64,000 nucleotides of DNA from an uncultured Methanosarcinales archaeon (GCA_964362535.1 CAYIEN010000003.1:6018-70017), one strand, 5' to 3'; positions 37,834 to 48,052 are shown, numbered from the stretch's first letter. Translations and numbers: made by a program. The notes: generated from the sequence alone by a model not told the origin.

Positions 37834-40598
37834 TCGGTCGCATCAATAATGCGTTGAACATCAATTTTACCGCTTTCCGTACGGCTCACGTCGAGGCCAT
37901 CCTCGCCGTATTTGAACTGGATAATCTTACCCGTCGCGTCACGGACCGTGCCGTCATACTCGACGCGCAAGTCCTGCAATGCGTTCGCCAAACGTCGGTA
38001 CAAATAACCAGACTTCGGCGTACGCAAGGCGGTGTCGACCAATGAGTCTCGACCTGTAACGTTACAGAAGAAAAACTCCTGCGGCGTCAAGCCTTTCTTG
38101 AAGTTGTTTCGCACGAAACCGTGCGCTGCAGGGCTCAAGTCGCCCTTGGTAAAGCATGAAAGTGTTCGTCCCTTGTAACCCTTGGTGATTCGGCTGCCAC
38201 GGAGTGCCTGTTGACCAACGACTGCCGAGATCTGTGACATTTGCAAAATGTTTCCTCGCGCGCCAGAGTCAACCATGATCTTGGTGTCCGTGTTCATCTT
38301 GGACTTTTCCTTGACCGTCTGACCTGCTTTGTTACGCGCCTTGTTGAGCAATTCCAAAATCTTCAATTCGAGCGTTTCGAAAACACTTCGACCAGGGAAT
38401 GCTTCCAACTTACCATCATGGTACTGCTGGATCAATGCCTGGACTTCGTTTTCGGTCTCGACCATTGTCGACTCGATTTGTTCTTGCGCCGCAACAGGTA
38501 AGTCGTAGTCGCTGATTAACGTGCTGAAACCCGTTCGTTGCAAATAGTCGCTGCTGAGCTTGAGCATTTTGTGCAAAATATCCGTTGAAACGTGCGAGCC
38601 ATACTGGCGGTGCAACGCGCGGAGCAAAAGTCCAGAACCCTCGCCACCAATCGCGTTTTCGTCAATAACTCCTTGCGTGAGCTTACCGTTCTTTACAACA
38701 ACTGGTTCGCTTGAGCGAGATGTTCCGGTGTAGTTGAAGTCGTCCGGCATCAATGTGCTGAACACATCTTTACCGTCAACCATTTTTTTGTTCGGCAACT
38801 TCGCGTACGTATCAACACCAATGCTGATGAGGAACTGAATTGCGTCTTCACGCGTAAATTCACCAAACTTTGTCAACGCGTATGCGCCTGACAATGCTTC
38901 TTGGATTCCACCGATGACCGGCAATCCGAATCTCGGCGAGATAATCTGCGTTCGGACATCCATTAAGATTTCCGCTTCAGCTCTCGCTTCTTCTGTCTGC
39001 GGAACGTGCAAGTTCATTTCGTCGCCGTCAAAGTCTGCGTTGTAAGGCGCACAAACTGCCGGGTTCAAACGCAACGTTCGACCAGGCAAGACTCGGACCT
39101 TGTGACACATCGTGCTCATTCTGTGCAAGCACGGCTGTCGGTTGAAAATAACAACGTCGCCGTCCATCATGTGACGTTCGACAACATAACCAGGCTGCAA
39201 TTCTTCGAGAGCTGCTTCCTTGGTCTCTTCCGTGATTTTCTTTTTCTTACCGTCCGGACGAACAACGTAGTTCGCGCCGGGATACGCGGTCGGACCGTTC
39301 TTGATGAAGTTCTTCAAGTACGCCATGTTCCACGGCTGCACAACTTCAGGAATCGTGACTTTCATCGCAACGACTTTGGGAACGCCAACTTCGTTGATCT
39401 TAATCATGGGGTCGGGCGAGATAACCGTACGGGCGCAGAAGTTCGTTCGCTTACCCGCGAGGTTGTGTCGAATACGACCTTCCTTGCTCTTGATACGCTC
39501 GGTCAACGTCTTCAACGGCTGACCAGATCGGTGTCGTGCCGGAGGCAACTGAGCGACATCGTTGTCAAAGAACGTTGTAACGTGATACTGGAGCAAGTCC
39601 CACAAGTCTTCAATAATGATTTCGGGAGCGCCTGCGTTAATGTTTTCGAACAAACGCTGGTTGATACGAACAATGTCGCCCATCTTGTGCGTCAAGTCGT
39701 CTTCCGAACGTTCGCCCGTTTCTAGCGTGATAGACGGACGCATCGTCACAGGAGGAACTGCTAATACGGTAAGAATCATCCATTCCGGTCTTGCGGTGAT
39801 GGGGTTCATCCCGAACATGATTGCGTCTTCGTCAGGAATCTTTTCCAAACGAGCACGAACTTCGATCGGGCTGATTCTGCGATCGCCTTCCATAAACGTG
39901 GTCGGCTTTTCGAGAACAATCTTGGTCTGCTTCGCGTTGCAGTGAGCGCACTTGCCGCCAGACTTCAAGCTGTCGATGATTGTCTTGATTGCTTTTCTGC
40001 GAGCGCGGAGGCCGCCTTCCTTCTCAATCTTTGCAAGAATATTCTTGCTCTTTTCCATCTTTTCCTGAGGAATCAAAATCTTACCGCACTCGTTGCACGT
40101 ACTGCGCAACAACGAAAGAATAACAGGAACGAACTTGATGTGCACAACAGGTCGTGCCAATTCGATGTAGCCGAAGTGACCAATACATTCCTTCAGCTTG
40201 CAACCGCACGTTTTACAGCGGAGACCCGGGTCGATAACGCCGAGTCGGATGTCCATCAAACCACCGTCGACAGGATAACCTTCCTTGTCGTAAAGTTCAG
40301 GCGTGACGACTTTGGCCGATGCCATTTTCTTGATCATTCGCGGGGAGAGAACTCCGAACACGATGCTTTGGACTTTCTTGTAAATAAAATGCGGTTGTGA
40401 GGATGAGATTTCCTTTCTTCCCGGTTCTGCAGAAACAGGAGCCGCAACAGCCTCGGTCTGCGGTTCGCTCGGAGCCGATCCCGCGACATCACCAGACTTC
40501 AACATGACTTCATCAACATTCTCTTCCGATTCCGGAGCGAGCTGTTCGATGTCGGCCTTTGTCTCTTTCGATGCTTTGGGTTTTGGCATTGTAATCAC
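37830..40598 (-). CDS. rpoA1: DNA-directed RNA polymerase subunit A'
   Basis: Zn-binding CxxC clusters, NADFDGDEM catalytic motif; start GTG 40598 or ATG 40589. Confidence 0.95.
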   Translation of the reverse strand: MITMPKPKASKETKADIEQLAPESEENVDEVMLKSGDVAGSAPSEPQTEAVAAPVSAEPGRKEISSSQPHFIYKKVQSIVFGVLSPRMIKKMASAKVVTPELYDKEGYPVDGGLMDIRLGVIDPGLRCKTCGCKLKECIGHFGYIELARPVVHIKFVPVILSLLRSTCNECGKILIPQEKMEKSKNILAKIEKEGGLRARRKAIKTIIDSLKSGGKCAHCNAKQTKIVLEKPTTFMEGDRRISPIEVRARLEKIPDEDAIMFGMNPITARPEWMILTVLAVPPVTMRPSITLETGERSEDDLTHKMGDIVRINQRLFENINAGAPEIIIEDLWDLLQYHVTTFFDNDVAQLPPARHRSGQPLKTLTERIKSKEGRIRHNLAGKRTNFCARTVISPDPMIKINEVGVPKVVAMKVTIPEVVQPWNMAYLKNFIKNGPTAYPGANYVVRPDGKKKKITEETKEAALEELQPGYVVERHMMDGDVVIFNRQPCLHRMSTMCHKVRVLPGRTLRLNPAVCAPYNADFDGDEMNLHVPQTEEARAEAEILMDVRTQIISPRFGLPVIGGIQEALSGAYALTKFGEFTREDAIQFLISIGVDTYAKLPNKKMVDGKDVFSTLMPDDFNYTGTSRSSEPVVVKNGKLTQGVIDENAIGGEGSGLLLRALHRQYGSHVSTDILHKMLKLSSDYLQRTGFSTLISDYDLPVAAQEQIESTMVETENEVQALIQQYHDGKLEAFPGRSVFETLELKILELLNKARNKAGQTVKEKSKMNTDTKIMVDSGARGNILQMSQISAVVGQQALRGSRITKGYKGRTLSCFTKGDLSPAAHGFVRNNFKKGLTPQEFFFCNVTGRDSLVDTALRTPKSGYLYRRLANALQDLRVEYDGTVRDATGKIIQFKYGEDGLDVSRTESGKIDVQRIIDATE

Positions 40599-40954
40599 GC
40601 ACTAAGTTTTTCTTCCAATGTTTTAATTGCTGCAATCATGTGCGGAATGTTTGTTTCAACTTCAGTCATGTCTTTGCATTCTCTGCTGAATTCAATTTTG
40701 TTTTTGCTATTGTGATCTCGTAACATGAGCTCCATGCGGAATGGATTGTAATTGCCCGTTTTTTCAACGAGCATGTGTCCAACAGCTTTTTCGTTATTAA
40801 AAACGAAATTGTACAAGTGGTGAGGCGCATCTGGAGGGTTTCGTGCATTTTTTGTTTGTTCAATATCATATGCAGGGCAAATTTTTTGCAGTTCTGCGTA
40901 CAACATCTGTTCGACCTTTTGTCCTTCTTCCAGTGTCATGAGTGATATTGCCAT
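40595..40954 (-). CDS. Hypothetical 119 aa protein encoded between rpoB' and rpoA' (translationally coupled on both sides)
   Basis: Start 1 nt after rpoB' stop; stop overlaps rpoA' start; no recognisable motif. Confidence 0.5.
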   Translation of the reverse strand: MAISLMTLEEGQKVEQMLYAELQKICPAYDIEQTKNARNPPDAPHHLYNFVFNNEKAVGHMLVEKTGNYNPFRMELMLRDHNSKNKIEFSRECKDMTEVETNIPHMIAAIKTLEEKLSA

Positions 40955-40955
40955 T

Positions 40956-42761
40956 TTAGTACTTGCTCTTCAAGACCATCTTCGGATAAATTCCGAGAGA
41001 CTTGAATTCGTCAAGGATTAATTTGAATGCGTAGCTGATTTCGACATCGTTGACTTCGGTGTTCTCGCCGCAAATCGGACAGTAACGCTTGTTCTTGTAC
41101 GGGTCGTGAATCGCGATGATACCGCAGTTCTCGCAAATCGGAACAACTGTTTTGTCCGAGTCGAAACGTTCCTTCAACAACATGGAAGCGCCGTGCGCGA
41201 CAAGCGTGTCCTTTTCCATTTCTCCAAATCGCAAACCGCCTTCCTTTGCGCGACCTTCGGTCGGCTGGCGCGTAAGCAACTGGATGGGACCGCGGGCTCG
41301 CGACTGAATCTTGTTCGCGACCATATGCTTTAATCTCAAGTAATACATAGGACCGACATAAATCTTGGCCTGGAATTGTTCGCCCGTGATACCGTTGTAG
41401 AACGTTTCAACACCGTTCTCGCGGAAACCCAACGACTGCAATTCTTTTCTGATGGCTTCTTCAGGCTCGGCTTCGAAAGGCGTGCCGTCGATGTATCGGC
41501 CGCCAAGAGCGCCGACTTTGCTACCAATCAATTCAATTAAGTGTGAGAACGTCATTCGCGAAGGCAACGAGTGCGGCGAGAACAACATATCAGGAACAAT
41601 ACCTGAAGCGGTGAACGGCATGTCCGCGCTCGGAACAACCAAACCAACAACTCCCTTCTGACCGTGACGCGACGTAAACTTGTCGCCCACTTCAGGAATA
41701 CGCTGGTCTCGCAATCGAACCTGTACAAGCTTGTTACCTTCTTCGTTTTCTGTGATAAGGACAAAGTCAACAATACCTTCTTCGCCGTGCTTCAACGCAA
41801 CGCTCGATTCACGACGCGTGTTGCCCGCAAGACTGTATTCTTCCAATGAGTTCAAGAATCGCGGAGGAGAAGTTTTACCGATGATAACGTCTTCTTCTCG
41901 GACCTTTGCTTCCGGATAAATAATACCGTCGCCTTCCAAGTAGCGGTAGTCTTTTTCACTCTTGTAACCCTTGACTTCCTTGTCGGGAACCGCGATGTCA
42001 TCCATTAAGCCGCCAGAGTAACGCAATTCTTCCGCGCCTTCAGGGTGGAAGAACGTGCTTCGAGCGAAACCTCGGTCAATACTACCTTTGTTGATGATGA
42101 TTGCGTCTTCCATCGTGTAGCCACGGTAGCTCATAACCGCGACAACAACGTTCTGACCGCTCGCGTGCTTATCATAATGGCTCAATTCGTGCATCATGCT
42201 TTGAACGAGAGGCTTTTGCGGATAGTGCAAGACGTTAATGTCCATGTCCATTCGCGTGTGATAGTTCGCCGCGTACAATCCCATCGACTGACGCAAGTTC
42301 TTAACGCTAATAATAGCTCGAGGAGCGTGGCAATAGTTCGCGTACGGCATTAAGCTCGCACTCAAACCAAGCATTGCAACAGGAGAAATTTCTAAGTGCG
42401 TGTGTTCAGGAGTAAGATCAGCTTCTTGGAATGCAACCAATGCGTTTTCTTCTTCGCTTGCGTCAAGGAATTCGATAACGCCCTGTTCGAGCAAATCATT
42501 CCAACCAATTTCGTTCTTTTGCAACTGCTTGATGTGCTTCTCAGTCAGCATCGGAATGCCGTCCTTGACAACAATCAACGGTCGTCTTAATCGACCGCGG
42601 CCAGACTCGACCGTAATGCGATTCAATGATTCATTGTAAAACAAGTTGACTTGGTGAGCGACCGTTCCCTTGCGTCGTTCGGACTTAATCTGCTTGAGGA
42701 ATTCTTCCTTGTGCTCGACGTCGCCGACATACTTGCCGTTGAGGAATACTTCGGTACTCAT
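40956..42761 (-). CDS. rpoB1: DNA-directed RNA polymerase subunit B'
   Basis: 601 aa; C-terminal half of Rpb2 homolog incl. Zn ribbon CENCGIIA...CPICG. Confidence 0.95.
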   Translation of the reverse strand: MSTEVFLNGKYVGDVEHKEEFLKQIKSERRKGTVAHQVNLFYNESLNRITVESGRGRLRRPLIVVKDGIPMLTEKHIKQLQKNEIGWNDLLEQGVIEFLDASEEENALVAFQEADLTPEHTHLEISPVAMLGLSASLMPYANYCHAPRAIISVKNLRQSMGLYAANYHTRMDMDINVLHYPQKPLVQSMMHELSHYDKHASGQNVVVAVMSYRGYTMEDAIIINKGSIDRGFARSTFFHPEGAEELRYSGGLMDDIAVPDKEVKGYKSEKDYRYLEGDGIIYPEAKVREEDVIIGKTSPPRFLNSLEEYSLAGNTRRESSVALKHGEEGIVDFVLITENEEGNKLVQVRLRDQRIPEVGDKFTSRHGQKGVVGLVVPSADMPFTASGIVPDMLFSPHSLPSRMTFSHLIELIGSKVGALGGRYIDGTPFEAEPEEAIRKELQSLGFRENGVETFYNGITGEQFQAKIYVGPMYYLRLKHMVANKIQSRARGPIQLLTRQPTEGRAKEGGLRFGEMEKDTLVAHGASMLLKERFDSDKTVVPICENCGIIAIHDPYKNKRYCPICGENTEVNDVEISYAFKLILDEFKSLGIYPKMVLKSKY

Positions 42762-44245
42762 TGTGAAATCTCCTTCATGCCTGCGTGCTTCAACGCGGCC
42801 AATACTTCAGGTTCTTCTGCTTCGCGTGATACTTGTGCGAGGAGTGCGAGGTTCTTTCTGAGACCGATGTTGGTACCTTCAGGAGTTTCGCACGGGCACA
42901 AACGACCGAGGTGCGTTGCGTGAAGTTCTCGTGCTGCGAAGTTTTCTTGGCTTGAGCTAAGCGGAGAAACAACTCGCTGCAAGTGCGACATCTTGTCCAA
43001 ATGATTGATGCGCTGCATTCGTTGCGAGATTCCCTTACGCGAACCGACCCAGTTGCCCGTGGCCATCGCGCTGTAAATTCTCGACGTGAGAAGCTTTTCT
43101 CTGATAATAACTTTGATGCTGGGGAACTTGCCACGCTTGACAAGTCGTTGGAAGTTGTAGAGCAAGTCGCCGATCAAAACCTTCAAGTTCACGCGGAACA
43201 AGTCGGTAAGCAAGTCGCCTGCGAGCTTCAATCTCTTGTTGCCGTAATGGTCCTTGTCGTCCTGCGCGATTTCCTTGTTCGCGACAAGCATGAATTTGCG
43301 GAGCATCTTGCAAAGATTTCTTGCCTTTGCAATTCTGTTTTCTTTCTTGATGCCGAGATGGGGAAGCAAGTATTTGTCGAGGAGCTCGTCCATTCGTTCC
43401 AAACGAACATCCTTCGCCTGCGTGATGCCGACCTTCTTCGCGACATTGTCGATCGCGTCATCCATCGTCTTGATGTTGGCGTGCTCGAACAAGTTAATGA
43501 GAATTTCGTCAAACTGGCGTTCCTTGCTGACCGCATTCATGATATCTTCGTCCTTCAAAAGACCCAATGCCTTGATCAACATGATAAGCGGAACTCGCTT
43601 GACTCGCGTGAATGAAAGGTAGAAGACGCCGTCCTTGAGGCGTTCGATGGTGTGCGGAACACGGAATGCCGCGAATTCGCTGTAAATCTTGCCGACGTAT
43701 TCTGACGTTCCACCGTCGTGCTCGATGGTGAACTGGTTTGCCGCGAGATCTTCAACATTAACGAGAACTCGCTCAGTACCGTTGATAACGAAATAGCCAC
43801 CAGGGTCGTCAGGATCCTCTCCCTTTTCCATCAATTCATCGCGGCCCATCTTGTGCAAGTGGCACAAATTGCTCTTCAACATGATAGGCAAGCTACCGAT
43901 TTGCGTCGTGATACTCTCACGCTGCACTTCATTGATATGGCTCGAAACTTCGAGGAAAACAGGAGCTGCATACGAGATTTTTCTCAATCGTGCTTCAACC
44001 GGATAAATAGGACGCTTGCTACCGTCGGCTTCCGTGATTTCAGGCTTGCCGATAATGATTTTGTCAAATCGAATCTTGAACGATTCAACATTCGGAGGAA
44101 TAATTGTCGGCTCGATAATTTTGCTTTCATCGACGACACGTTGCAACATTTTTTCAACAAAATCGTTGAAGCTTTCAATATTGGAACGAACGAGCGAATT
44201 CTCCTGGAAGTATTTTTCGAAAATAAGCTTTGAGTAACTCGCCAT
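42758..44245 (-). CDS. rpoB2: DNA-directed RNA polymerase subunit B''
   Basis: 495 aa; N-terminal half of Rpb2 homolog; ATGA overlap with B'. Confidence 0.95.
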   Translation of the reverse strand: MASYSKLIFEKYFQENSLVRSNIESFNDFVEKMLQRVVDESKIIEPTIIPPNVESFKIRFDKIIIGKPEITEADGSKRPIYPVEARLRKISYAAPVFLEVSSHINEVQRESITTQIGSLPIMLKSNLCHLHKMGRDELMEKGEDPDDPGGYFVINGTERVLVNVEDLAANQFTIEHDGGTSEYVGKIYSEFAAFRVPHTIERLKDGVFYLSFTRVKRVPLIMLIKALGLLKDEDIMNAVSKERQFDEILINLFEHANIKTMDDAIDNVAKKVGITQAKDVRLERMDELLDKYLLPHLGIKKENRIAKARNLCKMLRKFMLVANKEIAQDDKDHYGNKRLKLAGDLLTDLFRVNLKVLIGDLLYNFQRLVKRGKFPSIKVIIREKLLTSRIYSAMATGNWVGSRKGISQRMQRINHLDKMSHLQRVVSPLSSSQENFAARELHATHLGRLCPCETPEGTNIGLRKNLALLAQVSREAEEPEVLAALKHAGMKEISQ

Positions 44246-44246
44246 A

Positions 44247-44489
44247 TTAACCCGTCACCACACGTCGGTAAAACACGGTTTCGCCCGCTGTCGGCGAAGG
44301 GCGAGTAATCTTGACAATGTCATCTTCCTGCACATTCAAATCTTCAATCGCAGGATCAGAAATGAGAATACGAGGTAATTGGTATGCCGTAATACTGTAC
44401 TTTTCGAGAAGTTCTTTTACTTCCTTATCAGACGCCTTCGAATGTTTAGGGACAAGTGTGTGCTTGGTGACGTCGTATTTTGCTTTCAT
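44247..44489 (-). CDS. rpoH: DNA-directed RNA polymerase subunit H (Rpb5-like)
   Basis: 80 aa; HTLVPKHSKASDKEVKELLEKY...LPRILISDPA typical RpoH. Confidence 0.85.
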   Translation of the reverse strand: MKAKYDVTKHTLVPKHSKASDKEVKELLEKYSITAYQLPRILISDPAIEDLNVQEDDIVKITRPSPTAGETVFYRRVVTG

Positions 44490-44562
44490 TCGCGAGGTTC
44501 CTCACTTCTGAATGTCTCACACCGGGGTGCGGTGCACGTTGTCTGCTCTTCTATTCGGCTAC

Positions 44563-44627
44563 GGGCCACAAGGCAATCTCGGATCTTGCGATCCTCGAAG
44601 CCTTGGCCCCGTTCGCGCCTTCGGCGC
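44563..44627 (-). other. Two consecutive GC-rich hairpins between tRNA-Lys and rpoH; second reuses tRNA-Lys 3' acceptor strand sequence
   Basis: Minus strand: GCGCC-GAA-GGCGC then GGGGCCAAGGC...GGATC-GCAA-GATCC...GCCTTGTGGCCC; 13-nt direct repeat ACGGGCCACAAGG at 44561-44573 and 44630-44642. Confidence 0.5.
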
Positions 44628-44630
44628 TCA

Positions 44631-44704
44631 CGGGCCACAAGGGATTTGAACCCTTAACCCACTGGTTAAAAGCCAGTTGCTCTACCAGGTTGAGCTAGTG
44701 GCCC
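44631..44704 (-). tRNA. tRNA-Lys (anticodon UUU)
   Basis: Cloverleaf: acceptor GGGCCAC/GTGGCCC, D GCTC/GAGC, anticodon stem ACTGG/CCAGT loop CTTTTAA, T arm AAGGG-TTCAAAT-CCCTT, discriminator G. Confidence 0.8.
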
Positions 44705-44908
44705 AACGTTTAATCGCACTCACTCTGTAGAGTGATGCGTGAGTGTTGAGCAACTTGTCTTCCGTGGTAGAATAATTGTGAATGGTTTTCCCCTCAAAGC
44801 GCGCTATGGCTATATATAAAGTAAAGCCAAGAAACAAGGGGGTTGTTTATAAAGCTTGTGGTTTCATGAGTAAAAAAGAAGAAAAAAACAAAGAAAAACC
44901 TGTTTTCC

Positions 44909-45097
44909 TTACTTCTTCTGGCAATCTTTGCAATTCGCGCTTGCAATACCGCCAATTCCCCACAAGAGGAACAACACGGTCCACCAGCTCAAATTCCAGA
45001 AATTCCAAATGTTCAAGTTCTGCAACAAGAAGCAGATACCTGCAAGCAGCATCAATATGCCGCAAATCTTTTGACACTTTGTACATCCGCCCATCAT
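44909..45097 (-). CDS. Small membrane protein with two CxxC pairs (about 62 aa)
   Basis: MMGGCTKCQKICGILMLLAGICFLL...ASANCKDCQKK; SD GAGGTGA 7 nt before ATG. Confidence 0.35.
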   Translation of the reverse strand: MMGGCTKCQKICGILMLLAGICFLLQNLNIWNFWNLSWWTVLFLLWGIGGIASANCKDCQKK

Positions 45098-45140
45098 GGG
45101 AATCACCTCATTTTTAACTCTCTTTATCTAGCAGAATCAA

Positions 45141-45425
45141 TCATTTTACTCTATTTAAAGTTTGCTTGCGCTTTTGCGACCAAAACCACCAATTTCGCTT
45201 TTCCCTAGTCAAATTCGGGTATTTTGCCTGCATGATTGCTGCTTGGAAGACATCCTGACAGCAAATATCGACCTTTCCCTTCTTGGCACAAAGAGCTCTA
45301 TATAGAGTGACCGCGTTCTTGGACTTTAGCTGTTCAACTGTTTTGATGCCCAACAGGTGAAAATCCCGCTCCATCGCAGGACCAACAGAAACCAAATCAG
45401 TGAGTTTACGTTGTTTGGAAAGCAT
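45141..45425 (-). CDS. Helix-hairpin-helix protein, TfoX C-terminal-domain-like
   Basis: LTDLVSVGPAMERDFHLLGIKTVEQL resembles TfoX_C/HhH DNA-binding motif. Confidence 0.35.
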   Translation of the reverse strand: MLSKQRKLTDLVSVGPAMERDFHLLGIKTVEQLKSKNAVTLYRALCAKKGKVDICCQDVFQAAIMQAKYPNLTREKRNWWFWSQKRKQTLNRVK

Positions 45426-45517
45426 TTATTAACCCACATTCGTTGTTTCAATTTATGCGACAAAAGGCTCCTTACGCAAAAACCTGGAAAGAATCATTGC
45501 AGGAAGCATTCTGCGAC

Positions 45518-45985
45518 TTAGTGACAGGTATTTTTGCCTTTTTTAGCTAAATACTTCTGGTGATATTCTTCCGCAGGATAAAACATCACGGCTTTTGAGA
45601 TTTGCGTGACTACTTTCTTTCCGAGACGCTTTTCGGTTGCCATCTTTGATTGTTCAGCTTCCTTCTTTTGTTCTTCAGAGTGGAAAAAGATTGCTGAACG
45701 GTATTGTGAACCTTCATCCGGACCTTGGCGGTTCAATGTGGTTGGGTTGTGGTTTTCCCAGAAAATCTTTAGCAATGCGCTGTAAGAAACTTTATCGGTA
45801 TCAAACGTGACTTCAATCGCCTCCGCGTGGCCTGTCTCGTCCGTGCATACGGCGTCATACGTCGGATTCTTCATCGCGCCACCAGTATAACCAACTCTGG
45901 TCGAAATTACTCCGGAAACTGCGTCGAATAACGTTTGAACGCCCCAGAAACAGCCTGCTGCAAATGTCGCGAGTTCTTTTTTCAT
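45518..45985 (-). CDS. msrA: Peptide methionine sulfoxide reductase MsrA
   Basis: Active-site GCFWGV motif near N-terminus, conserved MsrA core. Confidence 0.85.
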   Translation of the reverse strand: MKKELATFAAGCFWGVQTLFDAVSGVISTRVGYTGGAMKNPTYDAVCTDETGHAEAIEVTFDTDKVSYSALLKIFWENHNPTTLNRQGPDEGSQYRSAIFFHSEEQKKEAEQSKMATEKRLGKKVVTQISKAVMFYPAEEYHQKYLAKKGKNTCH

Positions 45986-46006
45986 AGTCTAATACAAACG
46001 GAAGAA

Positions 46007-46663
46007 CTATTTAACAATTTCCAAAAACCCGTATTTTACGGCGTGTTCATGCGCCGCTTTCTCAAACTGCACTCTGCCCATGCCTGACTGTAAGATATTG
46101 CCGCCCATCGCGCGTACATTCCGTTGGTGCATACTATTCTCAACTAACTGATTCACCACCGCACAATATCCTACTCGACCAAACATTTCCGAAAAACATT
46201 CAAGCGCAGTCTTTGCATGCTGCTCAATTTGCTTGTTCGCGCGTTGCTCATCAGTACTAATAAGTTTAATTTCGAAAACAACACCCAACTGTTTCGCAAA
46301 CCGAACATCATCAACTTCCCCAATTTTGCTATGCGCACGCATCTGCTCCTCACGAGACATCGCATCAGTGATGCGATAATACAAACTATGCTGCCCACGC
46401 ACATCATCACGAACCACATATTTTTCGGAAACCAACGGTAACGATGGCGTTACAATATCTGTATTTGCCCCATCGCGAATCGCGTCAAGTGCGTCAGACA
46501 AATACCACTCTGAAAACTTGCTCAACATCTGCGGCCACTGCAAACCAGAAACTAACTTGCGATGATCATCAGAACAAATCTTTCCCCAATCAGGATCAAT
46601 CTCAGGCAACAACGCACAAACCTGTTCGAGAACACTATTTGAGGTGAACTTCATAAAACCCAC
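46007..46663 (-). CDS. Hypothetical protein (218 aa)
   Basis: No motif recognised; immediately 3' of tRNA-Asp. Confidence 0.4.
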   Translation of the reverse strand: MGFMKFTSNSVLEQVCALLPEIDPDWGKICSDDHRKLVSGLQWPQMLSKFSEWYLSDALDAIRDGANTDIVTPSLPLVSEKYVVRDDVRGQHSLYYRITDAMSREEQMRAHSKIGEVDDVRFAKQLGVVFEIKLISTDEQRANKQIEQHAKTALECFSEMFGRVGYCAVVNQLVENSMHQRNVRAMGGNILQSGMGRVQFEKAAHEHAVKYGFLEIVK

Positions 46664-46697
46664 TCACCCCTCCACAGACGTCTTACTGAATGCTGAA

Positions 46698-46769
46698 CGC
46701 CCTGGCCGGGATTTGAACCCGGGTCGGAACCGCGACAGGGTTCCATCCTAACCGCTAGACTACCAGAGC
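46698..46769 (-). tRNA. tRNA-Asp (anticodon GUC)
   Basis: Acceptor GCTCTGG/CCAGGGC (one G-U), D GTCT/GGAT, anticodon stem GAACC/GGTTC loop CTGTCGC, T arm CCGGG-TTCAAAT-CCCGG. Confidence 0.85.
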
Positions 46770-46796
46770 AATATACTCACCCTTCCTTCGAGTTGC

Positions 46797-46804
46797 TTTA
46801 TAAA
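46797..46804 (-). promoter_or_regulatory. TATA box (TTTATAAA) for tRNA-Asp
   Basis: About 30 nt upstream of tRNA 5' end. Confidence 0.45.
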
Positions 46805-46843
46805 GATTATGGTGAGGAATGTCTTTGTTTGTCCACGCAAACC

Positions 46844-46851
46844 TTTAAAAG
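46844..46851 (+). promoter_or_regulatory. TATA-like box (CTTTAAAAG) for tRNA-Tyr
   Basis: About 28 nt upstream of tRNA-Tyr 5' end 46876. Confidence 0.4.
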
Positions 46852-46875
46852 CAGTCCAGCGTGACTATGCATAGT

Positions 46876-47006
46876 CCCCTCCTAGCTCAACGGTGGAGCG
46901 TCCGGCTGTAGACGAAAAGTCACTCGCAGACCATGGTCCCAGGACCAGGAATGAACGCGAGTCAGCAGAACCCGGAAGGCTGCTGGTTCAAATCCGGCGG
47001 AGGGGA
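46876..47006 (+). tRNA. tRNA-Tyr (anticodon GUA) with about 59-nt intron at canonical 37/38 position (46912-46970)
   Basis: Archaeal Tyr identity C1-G72 (CCCCTCC/GGAGGGG), A73; D GCTC/GAGC; anticodon stem TCCGG ... CCGGA split by intron; loop CTGTAG; T arm GCTGG-TTCAAAT-CCGGC. Confidence 0.7.
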
Positions 47007-47225
47007 TATTTTTTGATTTGGACCAGCAAGTTTGTTTTTGGTCATTACAGCCTATAACGCTAGAAAACTGCATTTCTTCATTTTTTAGTTGTTTTGTCAT
47101 TTGTCGAAAATGCTCAAAATTGAACGAAACTTGATGGAATCCTGCCATTTTCACTCTTTCAGGAGGTTGAGTGTGAATGAAATTAATAAATCCATCCCTG
47201 GCAAAACGGATTTGAACCGTTAAGT

Positions 47226-47939
47226 TCAGTTTGAAACTGTTAGTTGCAAATCAACTGGGAATGTCAGGTAAGATCTTATCTTTTTGTTAAAAGTAACATT
47301 CATATCTTTAACGATGTATTTCGCAGATATATCTGCATCAAAAAAACAAATTCCGCAGCCTGTTGAAACAGCACTCACATTTTCTCCCGGTTTCATTTTA
47401 AGAGGATTGAAAGTGAATGAAGCATAGCTTCTATCTTTTCCTGCAAAAGGGTAACAATTAGCTTTTTTAAAACCTTGAATTACATCTTTATTTCCTAAGG
47501 GGATTATACGTTCAGCTCGAGAAGGTAATAACGGAACTTGATAGTATTCATCGTAGTCTTCAGGCATCTCACAAGAATGAATAAAAATATCTACCTCCCG
47601 AAAAGTGTAATCTCCGGTATTTGTTACAATCAAGGGCAGGTATTCGCCAAATGCAGCGGAATAAAGGAAAGGCGAAATTTCTACTTCAATATTAGGCACT
47701 TTTTGCAAATCATCGCGAATTTGAGCATAATTGTAGGATACCTGAAGTTGTATGCAAAATAAAAGTACTGAAAACAAAATGAACAAAAATAAAAAGCGTC
47801 TTTTAACGCTAAAAAAGTTTGCGATTAAATGTGTTGTGCGATTCCAAGTTCCGTGAATGTGTTGGTAACAATTGTTTGTTCCTTCAGATGCCTCTCTATC
47901 ACAAGGGTTGCCTTCATTAGTAGTTCCTTGGCATTTCAC
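47226..47939 (-). CDS. Membrane protein with N-terminal Cys/His-rich segment and single TM
   Basis: CQGTTNEGNPCDREASEGTNNCYQHIH then hydrophobic FLFLFILFSVLLFCI helix. Confidence 0.4.
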   Translation of the reverse strand: MKCQGTTNEGNPCDREASEGTNNCYQHIHGTWNRTTHLIANFFSVKRRFLFLFILFSVLLFCIQLQVSYNYAQIRDDLQKVPNIEVEISPFLYSAAFGEYLPLIVTNTGDYTFREVDIFIHSCEMPEDYDEYYQVPLLPSRAERIIPLGNKDVIQGFKKANCYPFAGKDRSYASFTFNPLKMKPGENVSAVSTGCGICFFDADISAKYIVKDMNVTFNKKIRSYLTFPVDLQLTVSN

Positions 47940-48052
47940 AAAGAATTGGTTTCGTAAACCTTATTTAAGGATTATGTGCTTTAATTCGTGACGGGGGTCA
48001 AAAAGGGGGTGTAAACCCTCGTCTTGGTTTTATCAGTTCATTCTGCGTATGT

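Noticed and set aside
44782-45117. 111 aa plus-strand ORF (MVFPSKRAMAIYK...) overlapping the small CxxC membrane-protein gene
   Set aside because: Low-complexity S/R/N-rich translation with no hydrophobic core; the opposite-strand ORF has a good SD and TM helices. Judged a shadow ORF.
47185-47225. tRNA-like T-arm (AACGG-TTCAAAT-CCGTT) on minus strand just 3' of gene 47226-47939
   Set aside because: No matching 5' acceptor/D/anticodon arms nearby and no match to the three tRNAs in the window. Could be a degraded tRNA fragment or integration scar but cannot be supported; also resembles the end of a T-rich terminator region.
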